The notes beneath the pieces are model-generated. The model was not told the origin of the DNA and did no database searches. It saw nothing but the letters and a program-made list of their open reading frames with translations. From NCBI GenBank assembly GCA_030324005.1, contig JARDVH010000110.1, positions 31,195,081 through 31,259,080 of the forward strand: DNA of 64,000 nt, read 5' to 3'. The DNA comes from Negaprion brevirostris. Taxonomy: Eukaryota. Both the position numbers and the translations under genes were made by a program. How positions within the stretch are numbered: the first letter of the stretch is position 1; each line of letters opens with the position of its first letter. This document shows positions 13,167 through 26,800 of this stretch, piece after piece.

Positions 13167-13420
13167 ATTCTCTTAAGGTAAACGTGCAGATTCAATCAGC
13201 AGTTAGGAAGGCAAATGCAATGTTAGCATTCATGTCGAGAGGACGAGAATACAAGAGCAAGGGATTTACTTTTGAGGCTGTTTAAGGCTCTCATTTGGAG
13301 TATTGTGAGCAGTTTTAGGCTCCATATCTAAGAAAGGATGTGCTGGCCTTGAATAGGGTCCAAAGGAGGTTCACAAGAATGGTCCCTGGAATGAATAACT
13401 TTTGTATGAGGAACGGTTGA
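13167..13420 (+). mobile_element. CR1 LINE fragment
   Basis: SLKVNVQIQSAVRKANAMLAFMSRG peptide. Confidence 0.85.
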
Positions 13421-13770
13421 CATAGTTGAAACAAAACGTTAAACAAAATAAATGAATGAAATAGTTCTAATGTGGACAAAGTTTTAAATGAAGATTGATT
13501 TATCAAGCTCATAGGAATAGCATTGCAGTAGGATAACAATATTTGAAGATTTAGCACAAAATAGAAATGATGAAAGAAGCAATTTTACAGCAAATTCGGT
13601 GCAATAGAGTAAAAGTTACAATTACTACTGGTTCCATGCCAAATAGCAAATCGATATATACCAAATTGTTTAATAATTGTTTAATATGCAGCAATGATTC
13701 ACAATCAAAGATTTTAGTTTTCCAGTCATAAAATGTAACAGGAAAATGATAAGAAAAAATTTATGCTCAT

Positions 13771-13896
13771 TCTAAATGCCACTTCAAGCTGAGAATTTGG
13801 GCTTGGTCTGCAATCAATCACTTCAGCTCTTGTCTTCAATTCTTCAAGAAGGAATGCCAGACCGTTATCTCTGAGAGTAATGGCCTCACGGTTATC
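13771..13896 (-). pseudogene. Possible degenerate Myb/SANT-like N-terminal helix segment abutting the Gypsy 3' LTR
   Basis: DNREAITLRDNGLAFLLEELKTRAEVIDCRPSPNSQLEVAF resembles the APRFSDxxLExLLExVxxRRxVL start of Harbinger Myb proteins. The CxKKxxDL helix is not seen. Confidence 0.3.
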
Positions 13897-16453
13897 TGTA
13901 ATATCTTGAAGCAGTAGCCAGTTTGTTGCAAAAAAAAACATAAACTTTATTGGGAATACATGTGGAGGTATTTACAGATTCATTGCTATTTTGCTGCCTG
14001 GGGCAGGCACTGACGGCCTCTGCTGGTTGATTGGCAGGATGGAGGGGAACCCACTCCCATTATTACATTTCATTTCCCCCCTTAAATTCCTTACACAATT
14101 ACATAACATTTGTCATGTCTCTTGGCTTTAACTTCCCCTCTTCTACAAACCAAGCCTCTGAGGTGCGCTGAGGGGTCGTCAGAGAAACAGATGCATCACT
14201 AGAACTTGGTGGTTCTGTATTCAACAGCTCAATGGGTCTATCAGGAATGATAGTTGCAGGGTAACTATCACCTCAGAGGTTGACAGCAAAACATCAATCA
14301 CAGATTGGCCATTTCTTCATTGGAATCTTTCTCTTACTCGATCCACAGTCTGTGCACTACATTGTCCTCAAATTCAAAATGGCAATGGACCCATTTCTGA
14401 AATGGTGGCTCCAGGAGTCCAGCACATCCACTTCCAAAGATCCGTTCATACATGGGATTGCCTACTTTGAATGTGTGGACACTACTGTTGTGCTGTGGTT
14501 TAGCTTCTGATCACATTCATTCTCTCTCACCTCCCCCTCCAATTTGCGAACCACACAGATAAGTGCGCAATCGACGTTTCATCATCAGCTTTGACGGCGT
14601 GGAGCCAGTACTATTCTGTGCTGTTGTGAGCTAAGTTAGAAAGAACCTGGAAAGATGAGCCTCCAAAGTACCTTCAGAAGACTTCTTCAACCTGCTTTAA
14701 AAGTGTGGACAGTTCTTTCAGCAAGATCATTTGACAAAGGATGTCTGACAGCAGTCTTGCAATGTCAGGTGCCATTCAGGTCTGTGAGCCTCTTAATTTC
14801 TGTGCTGATGAAAGCTGTTCCACTGTCACAGACAATGATCTCAGGCAACCCATGTATACTAAAGGAGTGACACAGCTTCTCAATAGTAGCAGCTGAAGTT
14901 GGTGTCTTTATATCATAGTTATCAAATCACTTGACCTGAGGACAGCAAAGCCACTTCCATGGGTGAAGAAGAGCTGAAGGATGCCGCCTCTGGTGCTGCT
15001 GGCAAAGGGAACAATGATTAACCATGTCCTCAATGTCACTGTCTTATCCCTGGCTCCAGACATACCTGGGTGTGCGCTACGGAATTCTGCTATCAGTGCC
15101 TCTCTTCCCAGGGAAGGGACTATGATTCTGGGACCCCACAGCAAGATGCTGTTCTAAAATCTCAATTCAGTGCTTCTAGAATAACAGGGGTGGACGTCAT
15201 CAGATTCAAAAGTACTTAGCTAATCTTGTAAAACAAAGTTTGCTCATTTTTGACAAAACTGGGTTTCTGCCCATCCAATTCTTCATTTGTTTAGTACATA
15301 CAGGCGTTGAATCCAAGAAATTTAACAACACAAATCCTTGATGAACAGACATGTTATCCAGACTACCTGGTAATGGAAAATGACAAAGTGTGTCTGCATT
15401 GGCTATGTATATACGAGCAGGGATAGAGTATGAATGTATACTCATAAGCTGGTAGCATCAAATCCCAACACTGGATTCTTGCTGAAGTTATAAGTGGAAT
15501 AGCTTTGCATTTGCTGAATAAGCCTGTCAGTGATTTATGGTCAGACACAAGTGTAAAATGTTGCCCATGAAACTTCTTGACACCGAATACATGGACAAAG
15601 CTTTCTTCTTCAGATGGCAGTATCCCTTTTCAGCCTGGGCGTGCTCTTGAAATGCAGCTGATGGGTTTTTCTAACCCATCCTCCATTCAATGGGACAGTA
15701 CGGTTGCAATGCCATAAAAAGGAGCGTCACATCTCAGTGCCAGCTCTTTAGTGAGGTTATAATGTACCACCAATACAGCCGTCAGTACAAACCCTTTCTT
15801 TAAATCCAGCTGCCTTTGCAGCTTATCAGCTTTCACTGATTGCAAGCTTCACTCTTTCCGGAATATCAGTGGTCATGGGTCACTTTTGCTCCTGGATAAG
15901 TCTGCCCACTGTTAAAATTGCTTTTGTTGAAAAAACAGTGCAGCAGTCACTGCCTTTAAACCCCACAGGTTTGAATGTATTTTTCTTTTCTTTGTGATTT
16001 GAACTGTGGGTGTGATACCCTTTAAGGTTGTGATTTGCTGGTTTTGTGTTTTCCCTGCACTTCAAGGAATCATGGGTTGCTCTGTTATTATTTTACTTCT
16101 AACAAAACTTTTGAAACCTTTTGCCATTTTAAAACTGCAGCAATTCTGTCCTGTGTGATTCTGGCCCTCTGCAGGAACCAGGTGAGGCCTGTTCTTTGTT
16201 CTCCTGTCCTTTGTCAACTATGCAGGACCCCACCATCCCCAAACTTGAGGGTACTCACTGCCATGGCATAGTATGCAGCATTAGTCAAACTTAACCTTGT
16301 TGTCAGTTTGGCAGGAGCCAGTTTGATGCAAACAAACTGGCAACACGCATGGACATAGTTACAGGTCGTCGCCATCTTGCTGCCCAGGGCAGGCACTATC
16401 TGTGCCTGCCAATTGCTTAGCAAGACGGTGAGGCAACCACACCCATTACTACA
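13897..16453 (-). mobile_element. Decayed Gypsy/Ty3 LTR retrotransposon with both LTRs (internally deleted)
   Basis: 3' LTR at 13897-14067 (tgtaata...tattaca) with a polypurine tract next to it. Homologous 5' LTR at ~16298-16453 (shared gcag.agccagtttg.tgcaaa, ttgctgcc..gggcaggcact, cccatta.taca). RNase H motifs CDAPFYGIATVLSH and SDHKSLTGLF...SARIQCW. Integrase motifs LLWGPRIIVP...HPGMS and GLPEIIVCDSGTAF. Many stops. Confidence 0.9.
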
Positions 16454-18726
16454 ATGTGATTTGTGCTTTGTGAGTAATCTGTGATCAGCATAAGGCCAGG
16501 CGTATGGTTGACAGAAATAAGTATGTAGCCCAACATCAAATATCTCCCAATCCAATTTTCTAAACTTTCAAGCCCAAAATGTAAATTAGGAACCAGATAT
16601 CTATAACTAAGTTGTTGGTAAGCAAAATTGTAATGCAACCTTGGGCTAGAATGGTAGACACCACTCAGAAACGGACTATAAGTTGAGATGCATAAAATCA
16701 GGTGGGAGGGCAGGGTGTCTTCCCATCTCCATTGGAATCCCAGAATCAGGCCTCATCCATCTCTTTTTTTCCATGACTGATAGAGGTTTGTCCCAGATCA
16801 GGATGGTGAAATCCAGCCCTTTGTATTTTCCTTCTGACATATCTTGCTTTATATCATCAGCAAATTTGGTGAGTGTATTTAATAGTTAGTACAGAAGTAA
16901 TTGTAAAGGAAGGCAATAGCCTCGAAATTGTCAACTCCACAGCACAGAAACTCAATTTTGGTAAGCTCAGAGATCCCTTACATTGAAGAGACAATTTTCT
17001 AATGCAGTGTAAATGTGGTGTTACTGCATTCAACAAAGATCTATGACATCCACATATTTCATTCTATACACATCAGGGTCTCCTATACAGCTCTCCTCTG
17101 TCACATGATCTAACATTAAAGTTTAAAAAGTGCAAATTGGGCTCCCTCCAGCAACAAACCGTGCAAGAATTAAACACCATATATTCACAGGTAGTTGTTT
17201 AACTGCAAGAATTGGGAAGGTGCATTTGGCATGAATTTGGTTTCCATAATGCTATGGATGATGCTGCTTCATAAGCCTCATGTGCCCCTAGAGGTGCATG
17301 CTCCTCAACCAATTGATCTGATTGAGAATGAATGTCCAAGGGTACTTGATATTTAGAAAGGATAAGGAAAATAGGGAAGGAGGTGGTATGGTGTTGTTAG
17401 TTTAGGATAAAATCAGTGCAATAGTGAGCGAGGATATTGCCTTAGAAAATCTAGATGCAGAATCAGTCTGGATGGAACTAGGAGGCAACAAGGGATGGAA
17501 AACATTAATGGGAGTTATCTATAGGTTTCCAAACTGTAGTGGTTAGGTAGGAATGGCATTAAACAAGAAATGCCGCATGGATGCTAAAGTAATCATGAAT
17601 GACTTCAATCTACATACAAATTGGGCAAATGAAATTAGCAAGAACATTTTGGTGGATAAATTCCTGGACTATGTACAAGTTTTATCGCAGGCCAGACCAT
17701 CAAGGAACCAATTAGGGAACAGGGTATCCTAGATTTGGTATTGTGCAATGAGGAGTTAATTGTTATTGTGGGATATTTAGGTAAGAGTGACCATAACATA
17801 ATTAATTCTTTAATAAGATTGAAAGTGAAGTAGTTTAATTTGAAATTAGGGCTCCAAATCTGAACAATGGAAACTACAAAGGAAGAGGGATGAGTTGGCT
17901 ATGATAGGTTGGAGAACTTTATTAAAACGCATGACAGTGAACAGGCAATAGCTAATATAAAGTAATGAATGCATGTATTGCTACAGTTAGACATTCCTTT
18001 CTGTTATAAAAATAAAACAGCAAAAGCAGCCTAACCATAGATTCTAATACTGTCCTTAATTTAAGGATAGCATTACATCCAAAGTGGAATTGTATAAAGT
18101 TACTAGAAAAAGGAGCAAGCCCAAGGATTGGGAGGAGTTTAGAATTCAATAAAAGGAGGACCAAGAGATTGATCAAGAAGGGAAACATAGAGTATGAAAG
18201 TAAACTTGCAAGGAGCATAAAAGTGGACTGCAAAAGTTTCTATAAGTATGCAAAAAGAAATGAGTTAATGAAAACAAATGTAGGTGCCCTATAGTTTGCA
18301 ACAGGATAATTTATAATGGAGAACAAGGAACTGACAGAGCAATTAAACAACTACTTTAGTTCTGTCTTCACAGAAGAGGAGACAAATAACTTCACAGAAA
18401 TGCTAGGGAATCAAGAGTCAAGTCAGAAGGAAGAATTGGAAGTAATTAATATTAGTTAAAAAATAGTGCTGGAGAAATTAATGGGACAAAAAGCCAGTAC
18501 ATCCCAGAGGTGGGTAATCTACATCTCAGTATCCTAAAGGAGGTGTCTATGGAAATAATGGGTGCATTGGTTGTCATCTGCCAAAATTCTGTAAGTTCTG
18601 AAACACATTGGAGGGTGGCAAATGTAACCCCACTATTTAAAAATGAGGGAGGGAGAAAACAGGGAAATACAGATTGGTTAGCTAAACATCAGTAGTAGGG
18701 AAAATGTTAGAGTCTATTGTAAGTGA

Positions 18727-19138
18727 TGTGAAGGGGGGTAATTGAAATGATTCAATATTGAACATTAATAGCTTTGACTTAGATATATATAATTATGAGC
18801 ACTTGAAACAGCTTGAAAAGAATAGTTATTAGAATGCTTTCTCAACACGATGGAGTGGGAACGTAACAATCACTCACATAATAACCTTCACAGGATGGGT
18901 AAGCAAAAGTGTGATAAGAAGCACAGACTTGAGCTGTCCTAAACACATAAGGAGAACAACTGCACCCTGTATCATTCTGCTCATTTAGTGAAGTACGGTA
19001 ACCAAAAGATATAAATGTGTTAAATGGCATTTGTATAAGTGAGGTATCCTGCAAGGGCAGGTTGTATCTCCCAAGCATACCTATAAAAAGTCTCTGTTAT
19101 TGCAACTTATAGACGAGTGATTTCAATCTTTTATCACA
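18727..19138. mobile_element. Probable solo LTR nested in the CR1
   Basis: A 412-bp insert bounded by tgtga...tcaca interrupts contiguous CR1 sequence. Degenerate 6-bp flanks aagtga/acggga and a TATA-like cctataaaa at ~19080. Confidence 0.55.
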
Positions 19139-19587
19139 ACGGGATGTGATGATAAGACACTTGGAAAATAGCAACAGGATTAGGCAAGCTTTAGGCTTTT
19201 TGAGAACATGACTAGGAGAATAGACAAGAGACAATCAATAGATATTGTGTACTTGGATTTTCAAAAAGCTTTTGATAAAGTTCCACATTAGAGATTAGTG
19301 TGCAAAATTAAAGCATATAAGATTTGAGGAGATATATTGNNNNNNNNNNNNNNNNNNNNNNNNNNNNNNNNNNNNNNNNNNNNNNNNNNNNNNNNNNNNN
19401 NNNNNNNNNNNNNNNNNNNNNNNNNNNNNNNNNNNNNNNCTTTTGATAAAGTTCCACATTAGAGATTAGTGTGCAAACTTAAAGCATATAAGATTTGAGG
19501 AGATATATTGGCATGGATTGAGAATCTGTTAGCAGTCAGAAAACAGAGAGTAGGAATAAATTGGTCTTTTTTAAAGTGCCAGTCAGA

Positions 19588-19713
19588 GGGAAGAATTTTA
19601 CTGGCATGTCCTGGTGAGTTTCGCACGATCCCGCCCGAGGCCAATGGAAAATGTTGTTCTCTGAGCTTGTCCGCCCCCAGAATCGGGGCTGGCTTGCTGG
19701 TAAAATTCAGGCC
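19588..19713. mobile_element. ~126 bp Harbinger-type MITE nested in the CR1
   Basis: Imperfect TIRs gggaagaattttac / gtaaaattcaggcc and a 3-bp duplication aga/aga. Confidence 0.75.
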
Positions 19714-20981
19714 AGAGACGAGCAAAGTCCTGCAGAGTGCAGTGCTTGAGTGTCAGCTATTCACAATATACATAAATGATTTAGATGTGGGAATCAAAAA
19801 TAATATTTCTAAGTTCGCAGAATGCATGAAACTTGATGGAAACTTAAGTGGTGAGGAGGATGTTAAGAGACTTAAAGGTGTCATAGACAAGTTGAGTGAG
19901 TGGGAAAATATATTGCAGAAGCAATATAAAATGGATAAAAGTGAAGTTATCTTCTTCAATAGGAAAAACAGAATGGTAGAGTATTATTTAAATGGTGATA
20001 GATTAGAAAATGATATTGTACACAAAATGACCTGAGTATTCTTGTCCCCAGTCACTGAAAGCAAGTACATAGGTACAGCAAGGCAAATGGTATGTTGGCC
20101 TTCATTGCAAGAATATTCAAGTACAGGAGCAAATATGTCTTATTACAGCTATACAGGGCCTTGGTGAGACCAAACTGTGTGCAGTTTTGGTCTCCTTACC
20201 TGAGAAAGAATATACTTGCCATGGAGGGAGTACTGCAAATGTTCATCAGACTGATTCTTGGGATGGCAGGATTGTCATACGTGGAGAGATTGCGTCAACT
20301 AGGCCTGCATTCATAGGAGATGTGAAAAAGGAGAGAGGTCCCATTGAAACAAAAAGCATTCTGACAGGGCTGGACAGACTGGATACAGAGATAATGTTGC
20401 CCCTGGCTGAAGGAGCTAGATCAAAAGGTCACAGCCTCAGGGTATTAGGTAGGCCGTTTAAGACTGAGGTGAGGAGAGATTTCTTCACTCATTATGTATG
20501 AAGCTATGGGACTATCTGCCACAAAAGACTATGCAGGACAAGTCACTGAATCTATTTAAGAAGGAAATAAATTAGTCTCTAGGCATTAAAAGGACCAAGG
20601 GGAGAGCTGCAGTATGGATTAGCCATGATCATATTAAATGATAGAGCAGGCTCAGGGGGCCAAATGGCCTGGTCCTTCTCCTACTTCCTATATTTCTATG
20701 GTGAGTTTTGGATCCGGGAAAACATAGGTAGAGTGGAAGTATTGTCAAAGGAAGTTTTGATCTGGAATGGTGGGCAGAAATGGACCTCTGATTGTGACCC
20801 AGGAGTGACTTTGATATTGTCCCTTGAATGTAATGTAATAGCCAGAAGAATGCTATTGAGTTAATATTTCATTAGGAAACTGTCAGTTGCATTTGTTAGT
20901 TAATGTCAAACATATATTTTTCATTAAGTTACTCTATTGGTTGTCTGTTAATTAATGTTTGATGTATCTTGATTTTAGTTT

Positions 20982-21020
20982 GTCTTTCAAACTAAAGTCT
21001 TTCAAACTAAGTCTTTCAAA
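20982..21020 (+). repeat. Tandem gtctttcaaactaa x~2.7
   Basis: Read directly from the sequence. Confidence 0.85.
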
Positions 21021-21303
21021 GTGAAATCCTTTCTTTCTATTATTTCTATAGGAGTTTTGCAGATCCCTTATTTTTAAAATGTTGTTGGTTTCTATGGGGA
21101 TTGTAACACAAGGTGAAACTGACAAAAACTTTGACCATCTGTAAATATGCAGTTGCACATGGAAATCTGGATGTTGTTGTTAATATTCTGCAAATCTACA
21201 GGATCTGCTGTTGCAATCTTCATTGCTGAAATCTGCACAACATAATGACATAAATTTAGGGATCATTGCCTGCTACTTTCACACTAAACACAGATGCAAC
21301 AGT

Positions 21304-21624
21304 TATAGAATCCCTACAGTGCAGGAGGAGGCCATTGGGCCCATCGAGTCTGCACTGAACAGACCTCCACCCAGCCCTTATCTTCATAACCCCACTTATT
21401 TACCCTGCTAATCCTCTTGACATTAAGGGACACTTTATCATGGCCAATTCACCTAACCACCACATCTTTGGACCGTGGGAGGAAACCGGAGCACCCGGAG
21501 GAAACTTGCACAAACGTGGGGAGAGTACGTAAACTCCACACAGACAGTGACCTAACCCAAGAATTGAACCCTGGGCCCTGGGGCTGTGAGGCAGCAGTGC
21601 TAACTACAGTGCCACCATGCTGCT
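21304..21624 (-). mobile_element. tRNA-derived SINE with CR1-type tail (HE1-like)
   Basis: Head ggtggcactgtagttagcactgctgcctcacag...gggttcaattc; tail gcactgtagggattctat. Confidence 0.9.
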
Positions 21625-24384
21625 GCTGAATTGGATCTGGTGCAAACAACAATAGCTATCATTAACAGCATAATGAATGATGATTACTGCTAAGAACCTC
21701 TTTAGATTGGAAAATGAACTTTCTAAGTGTGGAGTTTCATTCCATCAGTAGAAAAATACTTTTGTTGATCTAAGATTTTAAAAGTGTATGTTTTAATTTT
21801 TTTAAATCTCTTCCTTAATCCCACTTGTATGTCCCAATCTTCATTTCACATACAATAACTTAACAGTATTATCTTAATTTTTTCTTGCTTTTCAATCTGC
21901 GTGTTTCAGTTAGATTACCCAATCTGATTGGCTGAAGAGCCTCTGTGCTGCTTGGCCTATCCAGAGATGATGCCGTTTCCTTGTGGAGAACACCACACTG
22001 GATAAGAAAGATGCACAATTACTACAAATCTCCACTGATAAACACCCAAATATCCTCTTGGTGAATGGCAAAAACTCTTCCTATGCCAGTTAATGCAAAA
22101 TCCAGGCCAAAGTGTCTGATTAACCTGTGGGAAATGAACAGTGTATGAAAATGAACACGGTACGGAAGCTAAGCTCAGATGGTTGTTGCAGTCACTGAGA
22201 ATGGGAGATCTCACAGAGACTGAAATGCAAGAAGAATGAAAAATAGATTTGTTGAGGACAACACGAAGTTGTGGGGGAGAGGGTGGGAGGTGTGAAAGAA
22301 ATCTTGAATAATAAAAAGGTTGGCACTAAGTGGGTGAAGTATTTAAATATGGAAAATATACTGAAATAAACTGGAGATTGCAGTAAGATTTTGAGATGCT
22401 CACTAGTTCACCGGAACAGTAGTAAAGGAGGAAAGCATGGTGGATTCAATTAGATGCATAAAAGCTAGTTGAAGAACTCTCAAGGACAACAGAAAAAAGA
22501 ACATCGGAAACAGCAAAAAAGCCCATTTATTTTTGTAGCCATCCACATAGAAGGAAAGGTGAATTGGTACTGAAAAATATATTTACTTAGCAGTGGGCTT
22601 GATGTAATATTCATGGACATGATTTCTACTTTTAGGAAATGGAGTAGTCATTGCAATGCCAGAGTAAACCTATTGTTATGATCCTGGTTGATGTTAAACT
22701 GGACTGGAAGATCTCAGAATGGAACTCTGCCTCAAAAGACTGCAACTTTTACTTTTCTTATCAAAAGTGGAGGAACAGAGTCACAGGACCACAAATTCAT
22801 TTCAATAACAAGAGAAATACATTTATTAAACATGAGAAAATTTATTCTGCTTTTTGATTAAATTGCAGATAGGTTTTATGATTAATATAGATTATAAAAC
22901 ACATTTGGAGCTGCCGTGGTCTCATTAACACACAAAGTTAATGTTTACTGATTTCTCCTCAGAATCTCTTCACATGAGAGTTTCCAAACTCCACTCCCAA
23001 AATATACTTTAATATCTCCTCTAGTAGCAATACTTTCACTTAGTGCTTTGCAATCCATAATCCAGTCCTGATTTTATGAATGACTTTTTTGAACAAAGTT
23101 TTGTCCACTTTTAATAGTGAGTCCATCCCAGGGTTTTATGCTAACCCCTTTAGGATTTCTTTGCCTTGACTCTCTTCAATATTTACACAAATTCTGACAT
23201 CCAATCAATACCTTCTTCCCAATTGCTTTAATATTTGTTTCCCAGTTGGGAGTAACAGATTCCAAACTTCAGGATTACTTTAAAAACCTTTTTCTAGCAT
23301 TCTCACGAACTGATTCCTCGTCTGATCTGTGACTTGTAATGAACAGTACTGTTATTTGCTCACAGTGCTTCTTTGCTCCTTTAAATTCAGACCTGGAAAT
23401 TCTTCTTCATTTCTCTACTTTCCTTAAATAGTTGTCGTTTAGATTTCTGGCAATGGTTTTTTTAAGCATTTGTCCATGTATGGCTTTTCTTCTAACAAAG
23501 CTGAGAGAGGTGTTCTCCCTCTGGCTGCCAGTCACCTACTGCTCAGGCATCCAGTTAAAACTAAAAAACAAAGAAAGTCCTCTCTCTCTGCAAGGGCCTC
23601 TGCTTGCTAGTCAATGCTTGCACCTAGTTAGCTTTCATATGGCAGCTCTCTACAACCACAATAGAATCCCAGCTGGAACTGAAACAAATCCTTCACACAT
23701 ATAAACACTTTTGTCCTGCATGAAATCTAACAGCAGATTCCTTCTAGGCAGAAACGTTAAATTAAACACACCTGAAAGTAAACACTATTTCCAAAGTTCG
23801 TCCACACAACTGCAAATCCTTGAAAACTGCATTTTGTTTCCTAACCCTATTCACTAGAAAATACAAATGATACTAAACAGTTATGAAAAAGAATGTGATT
23901 ATATTGATATATGATATTTTTCTACCAATTGTGTTCTAAGGTTACTGATGGATACACAAAGTACTCTGAGCTGCTGAGCTTTAAAGGAACTAACACTGAA
24001 ATGACCCTTCAAATTGGAGCACTTGGAGGTGTGTGTTGAATATAGACAACTGAAGAGATACTCATGCCTGCTGAAAAGCTATCAAAGAACCCAAGGGAAT
24101 TTTGAATGGGAACATCTATTAATGCAATCCAGACATCCGCTGATTTCACACTAATTTGCAAAACGGATTGACCAATGCCACCTACTGTATAATAGTAGAT
24201 AACTTCACTGTGGCAATGTAAACTGATATAACAGTTTTCAATTGTTTGACAAAGCAGGAAAATACTTGAGAAGTTATTGCATCTATTTTGCCTGATTACA
24301 TCCCTGTGAAATATGTTGGAATGTCTTTTAACATTCAAGTGCCATATAAATGTAATTTCTTGACTATGTTGTAAAACTGATTTT

Positions 24385-24536
24385 TCTCTTCACCTTATCT
24401 GTAACATTACATTCTACAACCTATCCTTTTCTTCTCCTCTACGTACGTTATCGACAGTATGCTTTGTCTGTATAGCATGCAAGAAACAATAATTTTCAAT
24501 GTATCCAATACATGTGACAATAATAAATCAAATCAA
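24385..24536 (+). repeat. LINE-type 3' tail repeat (Rex1/Babar-like); second copy at ~52290-52422
   Basis: Both copies share gtatgctttgtctgtatag...tgtga..ataataaatcaaatcaa. Confidence 0.6.
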
Positions 24537-25572
24537 TTCCTGGCAATTCTTGTGGAGTCTTTGCACTGGGACTTCCAAGGCATCTTCTGGGTACCTCCAG
24601 TGTATAACCACCTGGAGACTGGAAGATCTGTCCTGTTTTTCCATTAATTCATTTGGACTGAAATTGAATTGCAAATTCTGAAATTCTATTACAGATTCCA
24701 CATAGGTATACACTGACGCAATTGAGTAAGACAGAAAGATATGGATATAGATTGATTGCATGTACTTTCAGTTTACAAACCAACACTAACAAGTGAATTA
24801 AGGATGATATTATGAGCATTGCTTTCAAATTATATCTGTGGTATCGGAAATTTAAAAACAAAACAGTGGCACACTTATTCTGAAGAAGTGTTGCCTCTCT
24901 CATTAAGATATACTTCCCAACCATTTAGCCATGACAAATAAAACTCTTTTTTCTGGATTGTTTTTTACTTCTTTGCTGTGATGTTAATCATTGTTTATCT
25001 ACCACTATTTTCATTTATGACAATCCTTTGGCGTAGCAATCATATTTATTACAGATCTGTGAACTGTTGCAACCATCTGAAAACTATCTGATGTACAACC
25101 GTGATCAATGTTATTTTGTGCCCTTCGGTAGTTGACCATTCAGCGCTTGTCTTGATGAAAGTACCTTTACTTCTGACAAATGGCTTGAGCCTTGCAGTTT
25201 TATAAAAATGAGCTAGTTTTTGTACCTTTACTTTGATTGTTATTGTCTATTTGCTGACAATAATATACAATGACACAGGTATCAGGCAGCTTATTGATGA
25301 TACATTCCAATGATTTCTGCCAATATTTGATTGAGTGTCAACATAGAATGGATAATAAATTCAAGATGCAGTCAATAGATTGTATGGAATTCATAACAGA
25401 GTGATAACTGATGTGGCTTTAACAATCAAAAGATAGAATCCAACAACTAGCATTGGCATCAGGAAAAAAAGTTTTGTTACTTAAAATAAATTGCAGTTTA
25501 CAATCAGTCACAAAATATATACAGGCAGTTTCTCAACTTCTGTGATAATCTATTTAGTTTGTCAATAAGTAC

Positions 25573-25631
25573 CTTTGGAAAATAGAGATGTGTACTGAGC
25601 TCTTCTGATGTCCCCGCTTCCTACAGTTTTC
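25573..25631 (-). CDS. Probable TRIM coding exon 7 (59 nt)
   Basis: ttctttatcatag|G AAA...AAA G|gtactt. Translates (L)KTVGSGDIRRAQYTSLFSK. Phase 2-1, continues exon 6 and ends in phase 1 like the exon that normally precedes the terminal TRIM exon. Confidence 0.62.
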
Positions 25632-26329
25632 CTATGATAAAGAATCAAATCATAATTAGTATTCAAGATGTACAGACACCTTGAAATAATTAACTGGCAT
25701 GAAAGCCTGCATCATAAATTGTGCCAACATATACTACCCAGATACAATTGACTAAATATCACTGTTTGTCATCTCAGGAAAAGGCCCTCATCCCAACAAG
25801 CTTCACCTACTTCATTAATAACCTTCCTTCCAGCAGAAGCATTCAGAATGAAGCTGGCCACTAATGATTGCACAGTGTTCAGACATCCAGCAGAGTGTTA
25901 GGAAAATATCAGGGAAATCCTATAAATTGAAATAACCTCTGCCGATTGTATATTTTTTAAAACTATCAGAAAACAGAAGCTGCTTAAAGGCAGGGACAGT
26001 GGTATTATGCTAATGGAACTAATACTTTTGTTGATGGGCCTAGCAACACATCAAATGGCTACTTACCTAAGGCAAGCCAGTAACAACGGCGAACAGAATA
26101 TTAAAGGTTTGAGTAAGGGGTTATGAGGTTCAAAGGAGGTGACAAAGTGTGAACTTTGCATTTAAACTCAAAAAGGTGGACTCTGGGATTTGGAATAACC
26201 TGACATTTACCATCAGCCCATAGTCTTAACAAGAAAGGATGGGCTAAATGGTTTCCTCTTGTGCTGCAATGGTTCTATCACTCTACAGACCAGTCATATC
26301 AACACTGCAGCTACAAGAGCAGAACAGAG

Positions 26330-26800
26330 GTTTAGTAGACTGTGCATGTTGTGCTAATTTCCTGGACTCTCGTGTGCTGGGCAGCCTGTCACTGAGGTGG
26401 AAACAATGGAAAGTGAGTACAGCAATGGTTCTATTCAACATTCTCTACAACATGTCTGGCATGTAGCATTTGTGTGGGTCTTTAGCCACACTGGGAGCTC
26501 CTGACAAAGGGAAAGGCAACAAGACTTGTTTGCAGGAGCAGTTGTGTCATTTACATTCTGTCTCTCCATCAGATACAACAGAAGGTGAGGAAGAGATGAG
26601 TATTTGTGCTACACTCTAGAGCTTAGAGGATGGTGCACCACCATCAGAAGACACTTTGTCACTTCATTNNNNNNNNNNNNNNNNNNNNNNNNNNNNNNNN
26701 NNNNNNNNNNNNNNNNNNNNNNNNNNNNNNNNNNNNNNNNNNNNNNNNNNNNNNNNNNNNNNNNNNNNCTTTCTACCAGAGCAGAAACATTCACTGGGCT
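26330..26800 (+). mobile_element. Possible older Harbinger ORF2 remnant
   Basis: Donor ggaaa|gtgagt and acceptor ctctccatcag|AT ACA ACA GAA GGT GAG GAA GAG (acidic exon start). Layout is similar to Harbinger Myb-gene exons. Highly degraded. Confidence 0.3.

Larger units (their letters stand above)
17340..20700 (+). mobile_element. CR1 LINE, long ORF2 remnant (endonuclease + RT + 3' UTR)
   Basis: Motifs WRVANVTPLFK, DIVYLDFQKAFDKVPH, LFTIYINDLDVGI, MLAFIAR...LYRALVRP..CVQFWSP. Frameshifted, with stops. Confidence 0.95.

Noticed and set aside
19268-19510. ~70-bp direct repeat either side of a gap in CR1
   Set aside because: Same gap-overlap artefact (also at ~60575-60710).
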